In this document: one piece after another, positions 19,998-30,554 of the stretch
Numbering within the stretch: position 1 is the first letter of the stretch
How the letters are laid out: every line of letters starts with the position of its first letter
Source of the DNA: Blastocladiella emersonii ATCC 22665
Lineage: Eukaryota > Fungi > Blastocladiomycota
DNA length: 64,000 nucleotides
NCBI GenBank assembly: GCA_025594325.1
Contig: JANHCV010000014.1
Coordinates: 372,001-436,000 of the forward strand
Direction of reading: 5' to 3'
The notes under the pieces: model-generated
The model's database searches: none
Told to the model about the DNA's origin: nothing
Seen by the model: only the letters and a program-made list of their open reading frames with translations
Translations under genes and position numbers: made by a program

Positions 19998-20951
19998 TTA
20001 CCTATTTATATTGAACAAGAAACAAACTGCTGCGCTGTTACGCGAGACACGAAAAAAAGCGACCAGCAAGCCCGACGGGCTGCCCCAGTTGTCCTCGTTG
20101 ATCTCCATGTCGCTTAGGAGCATGCGAACGTATCCGCGGTGGACCAGACACGTGTAGTCCCAATCCTCGTCAAGATCGAAGCCTGGCTCCGGTTCGTAGA
20201 GGTCGTCGAGGGACGGTCGCTTCCAACGGAGCTCGCCGTGCATGCCGAGAAAGACGCCAAAGCGGACCTCCCACTGCAGCCACGGGTCGCACAGGCGGTC
20301 GTACCGGATGACCATGCGCACCAGCGCCGCCCACTGTTCGATCGCGAGCTTGACGTGGAAGATGCGTGGGAGCCGATCCCTGGCGAGCTGCAGGGCAGGC
20401 GACCCAAGCAAGTTGCCGATCAGTTGCATGAGACCAAGGAGCGGCTCGGCGCGGGCACGGATGCTGCGCGTGTGGTTTGTGCGCAGATCGTAGTCGATGC
20501 GGTTTGAGAGGGTGGCAGTGACTTGTGTGAGATCGTCGCCACTGCCATAAGCGGGTTGCGCGAGGTCCAAAAGGTAGTTGGCAAGAACAGGGAGGAGCGA
20601 GGCCATGATGCGCTCGTCATCGGGGTCACAGTACTGGAAGCCGGCGCGGCGGAGATCGTCCGGTCCGACCACTTTGCCGTTTGCGTACTCGAGAAGAGCG
20701 CCGACGTCGCCAGGGAACCCGCGCGCAGAGACGTAGCAGGTCTTCCACGCGGAGGGCACGCGACTCGCGAGGATCGAGTCAAGCCAGTCGTGCTTCATGA
20801 ACTTGGGAGCCAGTGCCACCGAGAAGGTGCGCGACGACGCAGGGACAAGCGAGCGCGGCTCGGCAAAGTGCAAGACGGCAGCGATCAGCTCGGCGGGCAG
20901 GTCCGCGAACTTGAAGTGCGCCGGGTCCGATGCATTAGCCTTCTGTTTCAT
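19998..20951 (-). CDS. Family-A copy 4, the only intact copy (C-terminal extension from a lost stop)
   Basis: 317-aa ORF with F-box-like FADLPAELIAAVLHF; CCG TCG occurs where copy 1 has CCG TAG. Confidence 0.8.
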   Translation of the reverse strand: MKQKANASDPAHFKFADLPAELIAAVLHFAEPRSLVPASSRTFSVALAPKFMKHDWLDSILASRVPSAWKTCYVSARGFPGDVGALLEYANGKVVGPDDLRRAGFQYCDPDDERIMASLLPVLANYLLDLAQPAYGSGDDLTQVTATLSNRIDYDLRTNHTRSIRARAEPLLGLMQLIGNLLGSPALQLARDRLPRIFHVKLAIEQWAALVRMVIRYDRLCDPWLQWEVRFGVFLGMHGELRWKRPSLDDLYEPEPGFDLDEDWDYTCLVHRGYVRMLLSDMEINEDNWGSPSGLLVAFFRVSRNSAAVCFLFNINR

Positions 20952-21050
20952 GGTTTGCTTTGATGGCGTTGCAAGGCAGGTTGAGAGGGAGAGCGGGAGC
21001 GCGATCAGCGCCAGGGCGAGGGAGCGGCGGCGGCGGCGCTGAACAGTGAG

Positions 21051-21088
21051 ACACGTGTCCGATCACCTGTTTTCGAGGCGCGTCTCGC
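21051..21088 (-). promoter_or_regulatory. Conserved family-A upstream element (copy 4)
   Basis: Reverse complement reads GCGAGACGCGCCTCGAAAACAGGTGATCGGACACGTGT. Confidence 0.5.
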
Positions 21089-22740
21089 AACCCTTTTGTT
21101 GCAGCTTGTCTCGCACCAACAGCGCCAGCGATACCGTCAAGTAGACTCCTCCAACTAGCGCTGATGATGATGGTCAAGACACGACCGCGATTCGCTTACC
21201 TAGCGCGCCAGCCAGCTCATGACGCGAAAACTCTATTACGTGTTCCCAAGACCGTCACAGCCGAGCAGGACATCGACTTTACAACCACATCCATGTCCGA
21301 CTTTGAGAGCGCGGCCCGTGACCTCGCGCACGTACCAAGTGGCCCTCGCTCGCCGCGCGCCCTTGAGCCGTCCGCGTCAGCGCGAAAGTCCGGCTCGCAG
21401 TGCAGCAGCCGCGAGAAACGCGAGTCTCGCGGCGTCCCGGTTGGCGGGATGAGGGGATTCGGGGAACGCGATACCACCCCTTGCTGCACTGCAGGCGGAA
21501 GCAAGTGGAGACGGGCGAGCGAGAACCGGTAGGTGCGCGAGATCGCGGGCCAGGATCACGAACCGGGCGATGGCAGAGAGCTTGAGTGAGCCCAGTGCAT
21601 GGGTGAGAAATGTGCTGTTCGAACACCAGCGAACAGGGGACGATAGGTGCTGTGATAGCAAATCTACTACAACGTGATCGCGTCAATCTCGTACTGGGTC
21701 GCGAGCGGATTTGCGTACAGCGAAGGGGGCCGCAAAGTAGCTGCCCGCTGAACCACGCGATTGTCGCGTAGGGGGTGTGGTGTTGCCGCGCGGGGATAAG
21801 CAAGCCGAACGTGACACGACTGTCTGCTCGTCGAGAGTTGGCGGCAACACTCAGCGCGAGCTGATCAGGTCGCGGACTAAACACGGTTGGGTCAGCACTG
21901 CGTATCCGCTGGCACACAGCGTCAGGCGTCGCACGGTCATGATTTCGAACAAGTCAGCAACTACTCGCACAGCCGATGCAGTAGTCTCGCGCGATCACGA
22001 CTCGACGGCACGGCAATAGACCCCCACAATCCCAGGAGCAACCCCAAAGATGGTTGCCCCACAAAGCTGACTGCTTTTTGGACAGACACCGCACCCGTGG
22101 GCGCGAGCGTGCACGTCCGTTCTACCGCGGTAGGAGAAGGTATGTGTTAACGACACTGAGTAGTGCTCAGCCACCAGGTCAGCGGGTCAATCTGCTTCGG
22201 CGCAGCCATGCCCAGGCTCGCGACCGACTGACGCTGCGGGAAAAATCTGCAAGGATGACTTACAACTGAGCAAGGAGATTCGCAAGCGTTCATTCCATTT
22301 GATGCAGCAACTAAGGATACATTTAGTCCATTGATGACGGTGGGGTGAAGAGCAAGATCCGTGCCCGAGCGAACAGCGCTTTCGCGAACGCGGGAAGCGA
22401 AGCGGTCAGGTGACGCTAACGTGATATCGCGACGCGTCTCTCATGTCTCGCGTCCCTGCTGTCGCGAGCAAAGTGTGCGTGCGACTCAAATTGCTCCGCG
22501 TGCCAATCAATCCGCGTGTTTGTCCATCGAACTGGCCAGAGAAATTGAGCCATGACGAACGACACAGATTTCAACGCATTAAACGGAAGTCCATGGTCGA
22601 CCAAAACACCAGCGAAAAGATTGCATTTGAACGCGTCTATATTCTTTGAGAAGAGCGGGCTGATCGAGCATCAGCCCAGAGCCAAAACTGCGACGGGGAG
22701 GGAGGAGGGAACGAACAAATGCGCGAGGGGGGGAATCAGG

Positions 22741-25346
22741 TTACTCGATGTGGCACCAGTCACCGTAACCGCAGTGGGTCTGGTCCTCGCTGACACAGTT
22801 GAGGAACCAGGCGGGGAACGTGATGCCCTGGTCCTCGATGACGAGCGTGATGAACAGCGACGTGAGGGCCGAGCCGACGTCAAAGGCCGTGGCGAGCACG
22901 TAGTTGTACTTCTTCCACCACGACGAGCGGTAGCGGTACACGTAGAACTGGAAGAAGGCCGAGACCACGAAACCGGTGAGATGGTACGCCTGGTTGCCCG
23001 ACGGACCCTGCGGCTGGAGCAGGATGGGCGCGTAGATGAGCTGCCACGGGATCGGGCCGCCGACGAACAGGTAGCACAGGCGGAGCACGATGGGCAGCGA
23101 GATGCCGAGCGCGACACCCATGTAGATGACGGGCGCGTACGACGACTCGAAGAAGAAGCGCTTGGGACCGACGGCGCCCCAGATGAGCGAAGCCCTGGAG
23201 GACGAGCGAGGAATTGAGGCGTCAGTTTGGGATCACGTGTGTGGCGCGGCGCGTCGCGTCGCGTCGCATCTCGACCTCCCGAATCGGGCCCATGAGAGTG
23301 GGCAAGCACGGATGGGTCCGAAACCGAGCAAAACGCGAAAGGGGAAGAGAAAAAAAAAAGCGCGTACGAGTAGTAGGTGTTGAGCGTCTGCGACGTCCAC
23401 TGGTTACCGACGGCGGCCTTGGACCCGAACAGCGTGACCCACTCGCGGTGCGTGGGGTTGGCCATCCACCAGCGGTACGTGATGTAGCAGAAGAAGACGG
23501 ACTGGACCTGCGACCACAGCTGCGAGAGGAAGACGTGGCGCGGCGGGACCTTCATGTAGTGACCCAGCTTCAGATCGCCGAGGAGCGTGAGGCACTGGAG
23601 CGAAACGGTGACGCCGAGGCACTTGAAGGCCATCATGACGATGGGCTGGCCGGGCAGGATGAGCCCGATCAGGAACTGCGAGACCACGTTCATGTAGAGG
23701 GCGATGCCCGACGTGGCGAGCACGATGGCGATCGGAATGGTGCCGAGGCCCGACAGCGCGACGGCGAAGAAGGTGGCCCACCACGGCGTGTTGAGGCCCG
23801 AGAACTGGCCGACGATGGTCGTGAGGATGCCCGTGACGATGAAGAAGCCGTAGTACCACGTGTTGGGGACCTCGGGGTACTTGTCGATGAGCTGGCAGTG
23901 GATGTCGTTCTTGTCGGCCTTGCCGCCGGCGCGCCACTGGCGCGCAATGTCCTTGCCGTGCCACACGATGGTGTTGGTGACCGACGACGTGAGCGACGCG
24001 AAGTGGCCCATGTACGCGAACGCGAACAGCGACGTCATGTGGATCGGCTTGACCTTCTCGTACAGCGAGTCGACGACGCGCTTGGTCGAGTTGTCGATGA
24101 TCATGGCGCCCTTGAACGACTTGCCGTCCTTCTTGAACAGGCCCGTCGTGTTGAGGGGCAGCGTGGTCTTGGGCTGGTCGAACCAGTTGCCGGTCCAGGC
24201 GAGCGGCGTCACGATCCACAGGAAGATGATGGACGAGACGAGCTGGTTGACGGCGACCCAGAAGGGGACCGACATGGGGCCCGACCCAATAATCGTCCAG
24301 TCGAGCGAGAGCGACGCGATACCGGGGCCCCAGGTGGGCGAGCCGAGCTTCTGCATGATCGAGTCGGCGGGCGAGACCCAGCACAGGAGCGGGATGTAGC
24401 GGAGCATGGGCGCGACAAACGACGGGAAGAAGGTGTAGACGGCCATGGCGAGGGTGCCGACGCCGAACATCTTGAGCTGCGACCACTCGAGGCCCTTGCC
24501 GCCGGCCTCGGCCTTGACCTCGTCCTCGACGGCCGAGTGCAGGTCGCCCTGGTGGAACGCCATGAACATGGCGACCGACGGCAGGATCGACGGCCAGATC
24601 ATGGCCTTGGGCCGCACAATGAACGAGCGGCACAGACCCGCGATACCGAAACCGAGCGTGGCCGAGCAGAACAGGAACGCGATGCCCCAGAAGTGGCCAA
24701 TGTCGAGGTCGTAGAAGATCTCCTGCACGCCGAGGTTGTCGATGCCGTAGATGGACGAGGCGCCGGTCGTGGCGAAGATGTTGATCAGCACGTGCTCCTT
24801 GACCGAGAACGGGCCCGGGTTGGTGTCGACCTCGATGCCGAAGAAGTTGAACTTGACCGACGGGATCGTCTTGGCCATGAACACGCCCATCGGGTAGGCG
24901 AGGAGGATGGCCACGTAGCTGGACACGGAGAAGGCGACCGAGCGGAACAGGAAGAGCGTGTTAATGGCTACGTAATAGGGTGTGGGAGGGAGCGTGTGAG
25001 TGATCCTAGTCGTGGGGTGTGCGGGTGAGGGAGTCGCGGTCGTGGTCGGGCGGCGGCGCACACGCGTCGTGATCGCCACCATGATGCGATCGCGATCCCG
25101 CTGCCGTGAGCGCCGCCGCTGCACAGCGACCGAGTCGAGAAACCAAGCAAACGTACCGCCGAGGATGAAGCAGAAGAAGGTGCCGATGACCCAGACGCGC
25201 ATCGTGAACGACGGGAGCGAGGTGTCGTCGGTGGTGGGCACGACCTTGGAGATCATCTCCTCAAAGTCGGCGTCCATGACGAGACTCGACTCGCCGCCCT
25301 CGACCTCGGCAGCCTTCTCGGCGAGGTGCTTGTCGTCGCTGGTCAT
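22741..25346 (-). CDS. OPT: OPT-family oligopeptide transporter (exons about 25346-25157, 24967-23368, 23194-22741)
   Basis: TDDTSLPSFTMRVW, NPGPFSVKEH, IWPSILP, DLKLGHYMKVPPR, ASLIWGAVGPKRFF, WWKKYNYVLATAFD. Confidence 0.95.
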
Positions 25347-26038
25347 GGTGTCGATGCGTGTAGGTCTAGGAGGTGCAGGTAGGCGGGCGAGAGGGCCGAT
25401 CGGGGGTGAAGCGGTCGGGGGAGCTCGTGCTGCGCTGCACTCTACAAGGAACCGAGTCCAAGGGACGCGGGGGTGTCCGTCCGTTTTATACTTTCCGCGT
25501 CGTTGCTTGAGCACTTGCGAATCCAGGCGAGCCTTGCCATTGCGAGCCTTCTCGTGCGCTTCTCGGCGCCGGGCGTCGCCACGCGGCCGCTGAAACGACA
25601 AGCGGAGCGCGATCCTCGATCCGCGGTCGATGTCAGCTGCCCCATATTGTCGGGGGGTACCTCGCACAAGGTCTCGCCGGGCGGGTGACCCACGCGGCGG
25701 CTTCGGGAACCACGCGACCGGAAGCCATGGAAGCCGGCGAAGCTTCCAGGCGGTGTGTGGCGGCGGCGGCGGCGGCGGCGGTGGCGCGAGATGACCGCCC
25801 CGCGGCTGAAACGCGGCTGCCGGTTCCCCGCCACCGGACGCGGCGGATTCCGACCCCTCGGCCAACCAACCAACCACTGAATTTTACGTGCGCGTGACTT
25901 GCATTTGCCCGGCCCGTCTAGACACCCTCGAGAATATGGCAGCCCGCGGTGCGCCACGGTTCTGGAAGCGCGACCGGCGCTGCCGTGGCGCATCGCGCGA
26001 TCCCTGCCGCGCTCGAAAACACAAACAAACTACGCCAG

Positions 26039-26119
26039 TTGGCGCCAGCGGCAACGCCAGTCTGCGCCAGCTGGCGCCAGCTGGCGTCGGCTGGCGTCGG
26101 CTGGCGTCGGCTGGCGTCG
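26039..26119. repeat. 10-bp tandem array CTGGCG(C/T)C(A/G)G with palindromic core
   Basis: ctggcgccag ctggcgtcgg x3 ctggcgtcgt, preceded by complementary acgccag units. Confidence 0.85.
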
Positions 26120-26290
26120 TGGCCGTGACCCACCGCCGCTCACGGGGCCAGCGAGCGACGGAGGCCGCGATCGGTGGTCGCCAGCGACTACGCGGCAACG
26201 CGTTGCGACCGTGATGATGGCCGCACTCGATATGGTCGTATCCACCTCGCCGCCGTCACCGTGGTGACCACGATTCGCCACTGGCGCGAC

Positions 26291-26700
26291 CGTGGCCGTG
26301 GTCCGACGCTGGCGACCAACTCGATCGCGGCCACCACGGCCACCGTGTCCGAATCAGGGCTTCCGCGGACGGGATCGCCGAGCGTGCTTTGCCGTCGCGG
26401 CCGGCTATCGACCGCTACGCGCGGTGCTGTTGGCGCGGCACGAGACCGACACGACCATCGCGACGTTCAGCGCCGCGTCGTTCGGGCGGCCTCGCCTCTC
26501 ACTCACTGGGCCGTATCAGCGCTCGTGCGACGAGGTCACCGTGCTCAATCTGCTCATAGCCATTCTTGCCGCCGTGACGGCGACGACTGCGATTCGTCAT
26601 TTGCGCGGCCACGGTCGTGGAGCGGCGCTGGCGACTGACTCGATCGCGGCCACCACGGCCACCGTAGCGCTGGTGTCCGAATCAGTACTCCGACTTGAAA
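26291..26700. repeat. Diverged direct repeat, about 320-bp spacing
   Basis: GCTGGCGAC..ACTCGATCGCGGCCACCACGGCCACCGT...GTCCGAATCAG near 26308 and 26627. Confidence 0.75.
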
Positions 26701-27155
26701 GATCACTTGAGTGCCTGCCGCCGCCGTGGTCGGTCATCGACAGCCTCGCACGGCGGCGACAGCGGCCGACTCGCATCCGCGGTGGCGACCAGCTTCTCGC
26801 TGTGCTGTTGGTGAAGCAGCGAGGGTCGCTTCGTGAACGAAGCCGTGTCGCATCGTGAACGAAGCCGTCGCGCTGCTCACGGTGGAACGCCCAGCTTTTC
26901 TCCCAGTGGGCCGCGCCGACGCTCAGACAACGTTCATTGATCGCTATCGCGGTTTCTCAAACGGCGGCGGTTTTCGCGAGCAGAACGCGAATCCCTGACC
27001 ATGGCCGACGCGACCCGAGAGCTCACGGCTCTTCGTGCACTCGCTGCACGGCCGCAGGCTGCACGGGCCCGAAAGTATCTCATCTCAAGGCTCGGATGAC
27101 ACGTTGGAGAGGAAATATTTTTGCATTTTCAATGATACTACAGGACAACGAACGA

Positions 27156-28790
27156 CTACGCGGACGACGACAGCGTCATCCCACTCGCGCGCTCCTTGAG
27201 GTACCCGGCGAACACGTCGTGGACCGACGCCGACGTCCCCACCTTCTCCTTCTTGGCGCCCTTGGCGGCCGTGCGCAGCTCGTGGTACGCGCGGACGTCC
27301 TTGTCGAACGCGTCGAACAGGTGCATCGTGTCAGACGGCCCGCCGGCGGCCTCGGGGTGGAACTGGACGGCGCGCCACTTACCGCCGCCGCCCATGATCC
27401 CCTCGTTGGACCCGTCGTTGGCGTTGCGGTAGTACGTCATCCACCCGTCGGGCATCGTCGCGGGGTTGTCGTCGAGCGCGTAGCCGTGGTTCTGGGACGT
27501 GATGACGCACGTCGGCACGGGCTTGGTGAGGTCGAGGCACGGCTGGTTGTGGCCGCGGTTGCCGTACTTGAGCTTGTAGGTGCTCATGCCGGCAGCGAGC
27601 CCCATGATCTGGTTGCCCATGCAGATGCCCATGACGGGCACCTTGGCGTGCGCGGGGACCGCGGCCTCGGCGGCAAACACCTTGCGCAGCGCGGCCACCG
27701 ACGCCGTCTGCTGCATCGGGTCGCCGGGACCGTTCGACAGGAAGATGCCGTCAAACTGCTGGTACACCTCGTGCAGCGGGAAGTCGTGCGGCAGCAGCGT
27801 CACCTCGACGTCGCCCGGCGCGAGCAGCGCGCGCAGGATGTTGTACTTGGCGCCGAAGTCGACGACGGCGACCTTGTGATTGCGGCCGCGGCCGTAGACG
27901 ACAGGCGACTTGGTCGAGACGGACGCGACGAGGTTGGTGGTGGCGTTCGGGTTATCGAAGGCGACCTGCTCCTGGCCGCCGACGGCCACGGTCCCGAGCG
28001 TCGACCCGTGGTTGCGCAGGACCTGGACGAGCTCGCGGGTATCGATGCCCGAGAGGATCGGGACGCCCTGGGCGCGGCACCACGCGCCGAGCGACATGAC
28101 GGCCTCGCGGTGCGAGAACTGCCACGTGTAATCGGCCACGACGACCGCGCGCGCCCAGATCCGGTCGCTCTCGAACCGCTGCGGCAGGCCCGAGTCGAGG
28201 TCGTACGTCGGCGCGGGCACGCCGTAGTTGCCCGCGAGCGGCTGTGTCAGCACCAGGATCTGGCCCGCGTACGACGGGTCCGTCAGCGACTCCGGGTACC
28301 CGACCAGCGCCGTCGTGAACACCACCTCGCCGCCGATCGAGCGCGGCGCGCCGTAGCACTGCCCCGTGAACACGTGCCCCGACTGCAGCTTGAGCTCGGC
28401 GGGGACCGCCGTCTCGGGCGTCGGCGTCACGCGGAACGACGGCGACGCGGCGGTCGAGGACCGCGCGCCGAGAGACAGCGGCGTCAGCGGCGTCGGGACC
28501 AGCGAGGCCGCCGGCTTGGCGGGCGCGTTGGCGGCCACCTGCAGCGCGAGCGCCGCGGGCGACTTGGAGGCCTTGGTGGGGGTGACGGGCGTCGACGGCA
28601 CGACCGTGGCCAGCGTGCGCGCGAGCGAGGCGGCGGCGGCCGCGGCGTGCGCGGGCGACGGCTTGGTGGCGGCAAAACGAGCCAGGTCTACGTGGGAGGC
28701 GAGAAGGCGAGTGTGAGATGGCGGTGCGGTCCGGCGGTGGGAGACGGGGAGTGCAGCGCGACGCATACGGGTGGTGGCGGAGAACATCAT
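27156..28790 (-). CDS. CPA1: Carbamoyl-phosphate synthase arginine-specific small subunit, with presequence-like N-terminus; probable 81-nt intron 28688-28768
   Basis: GEVVFTT, YPESLTDPSY, ILSGIDTR, LSNGPGDP, GICMGNQ (catalytic Cys), NRGHNQP, SQNHGYA, QFHPE. Confidence 0.97.
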   Translation of the reverse strand: MMFSATTRMRRAALPVSHRRTAPPSHTRLLASHVDLARFAATKPSPAHAAAAAASLARTLATVVPSTPVTPTKASKSPAALALQVAANAPAKPAASLVPTPLTPLSLGARSSTAASPSFRVTPTPETAVPAELKLQSGHVFTGQCYGAPRSIGGEVVFTTALVGYPESLTDPSYAGQILVLTQPLAGNYGVPAPTYDLDSGLPQRFESDRIWARAVVVADYTWQFSHREAVMSLGAWCRAQGVPILSGIDTRELVQVLRNHGSTLGTVAVGGQEQVAFDNPNATTNLVASVSTKSPVVYGRGRNHKVAVVDFGAKYNILRALLAPGDVEVTLLPHDFPLHEVYQQFDGIFLSNGPGDPMQQTASVAALRKVFAAEAAVPAHAKVPVMGICMGNQIMGLAAGMSTYKLKYGNRGHNQPCLDLTKPVPTCVITSQNHGYALDDNPATMPDGWMTYYRNANDGSNEGIMGGGGKWRAVQFHPEAAGGPSDTMHLFDAFDKDVRAYHELRTAAKGAKKEKVGTSASVHDVFAGYLKERASGMTLSSSA

Positions 28791-28833
28791 AGTTGAGTGT
28801 GGTTAAAGGTGTCGGGGATCAGGGATGGATCAA

Positions 28834-28920
28834 TCAATGCGAGGCCGACTTCCACAGCTGGTCGCAGAGGTAGTCGAGGGAGACGAGTTCTTGGTCGTGG
28901 GCGTAGCAGGCAGCAGCCAT
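28834..28920 (-). CDS. AAP: Upstream ORF encoding an arginine attenuator peptide (28 aa, MAAACYAHDQELVSLDYLCDQLWKSASH)
   Basis: ATG at 28920, TGA at 28834-28836, 43 nt before the CPA1 ATG. The core DYLCDQLW matches the known AAP core (Neurospora arg-2 DYLSDHLW; yeast CPA1 DYISDHIWKTSSH). Confidence 0.93.
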   Translation of the reverse strand: MAAACYAHDQELVSLDYLCDQLWKSASH

Positions 28921-29067
28921 CCACGAAGGCGGAGGGGTCGGGTGTGGGTGGGAGTTGGTGAGGGTGAAGGGGTGTAGACGGGCGAGCGTCGACACGACTT
29001 GAGTGTGGTGGGGTAGTGGTTGAGGATGGAGGACGAGAAGAGGGGAGGAGCGGGGACGCGGTTCCTT

Positions 29068-29073
29068 CTTATA
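29068..29073 (-). promoter_or_regulatory. TATA-like box upstream of the AAP/CPA1 leader
   Basis: TATAAG on the minus strand, about 150 nt upstream of the uORF ATG, in otherwise GC-rich DNA. Confidence 0.45.
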
Positions 29074-30554
29074 GGCGCGAGCGGGGCCGTGGGCAACGCA
29101 GCAGCAGCGACAAGGCGAGATACTGCGAGATAGCGTGGGAGATCTTGTCGCTCTGCCCGAGATAACCCGCCTCCCGGCCGTCGACTCGAGCCACACGTGC
29201 CCCGTGGCTTGCTTGTTGCCGCATCGGGCAGGGCCACATGAAAAGGCAACGCATCGCGGGGCTGGGAGATAGCATCGCGCGCTCCCCATTGGCTGGAGAC
29301 CACGACGCGCGCCGCGCGCCTTGTCATCAGCGCGGGATCAGCGCCTCGATTTGGAACGTTGTGCGGAGACGACTTCATTTCGCGTCGCGTCATTCACTCG
29401 CGGCTGCGGCCAGCGGTGAACGGGAACGGAAGCGGACGTGATCGCGACGTCGTGGCCGCCGTGGCCATGGTCATCGTGCGGGTGCGGAGCCGCCTTCCGT
29501 GTCTCGCGCCCGTGATCGCCGTCGCTGACAGCGATCGGTGAGGGAAGTGGTTCAGCTTGAGTGTCGCGCTCACGGCATGGGACCCATCCCGCCGTGCAGG
29601 AAAGCCGTGGCCATGGATGATCGTCCGCACAGCGCCCGCGTGAAAGTGCAGCTGTCTCTCATCGTGGCGATCAGCAGGGCAACGCGTCTCCCACGCGTGT
29701 CTCGCGCGTCGCCGGGACGCGAGACGCGTTGGGCAGGGACACTGAGGCTCGAGCTGGCCCTCGGTCAGGCCCTCAATCCGCGCAAGCAAGCGCGACATAG
29801 CCCTGATCCTCGCCGATCCCGCTCTTCGGCCCACTCAACGACGTCGACCAAGGTCGCGTAGGATTGCGGACCTGACCATCGCGCTGAGCAGCGGTCCATC
29901 GCGGGCGCGTCTCGCTGCACACTTGTCGGCTGACAAGGTCCATCGCAGCAGGGCATGCCAGGCACACCGTCCAGCGCGACCTGGCACACTCCCGCCTGAA
30001 CCGCGGCGAGACAGATGCCCACTCATCGCCTCGCACAAACCACGCTGCCCTCGGTCTCGACGATCCCGCCACGCAGCCGCCCATCGCACGCGAGTCCACT
30101 CGCGATCGCCGCGACGACCTCTCATGCCGCGATCCTGGGATACACGACGTGTCAGTGACACCGCTCAGCGACTTGGCACACGTCGGTCTCCACTGCCCGA
30201 ATGCAGTCGTGTCGGCTCAGGGCTCCGCTCTCGCCCGCGACTACCGCTCCCCTCGGCCCGCGCGATGGCCTCGCACGCCCACTCACGCTTTTGACCGCGA
30301 TGAACCCCCTCGCCCCGCTGCAACAACTTTCACCTCCATCCCGTGCCCGCGAACGCGTCGCGCCTCTGAGAGATGATCGGGATCAGCAGCGCGATCAGCC
30401 AGCTGCTCGAGGGCCCTTCGAAATGCCTGGTGTGACTGCACGTGACGCATGATTCGCTGTCTCCGGCGCCTCGCTGCTTGCTTTCGCCCTCACCTCTTCG
30501 CGACGGTCCCTCCCTCCGTTGCCTTGCCCTGTAACGCATAGCAGCACCGCCACC

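Noticed and set aside
21100-22640. Long intergenic stretch as a possible RNA gene or hidden CDS
   Set aside because: No tRNA cloverleaf or box A/B pattern, rRNA similarity or coding bias could be recognised by eye; an Rfam scan would be needed to exclude it fully.
24968-25156. Stop-free 189-nt in-frame intron in OPT as an alternative exon
   Set aside because: It has canonical splice signals, and retention would insert a low-complexity basic stretch into a conserved TM region; lack of stops is expected at this GC content.
29300-30500. Short ORFs between CPA1 and KRS1
   Set aside because: No motifs or codon bias; the region is best read as the shared divergent promoter.
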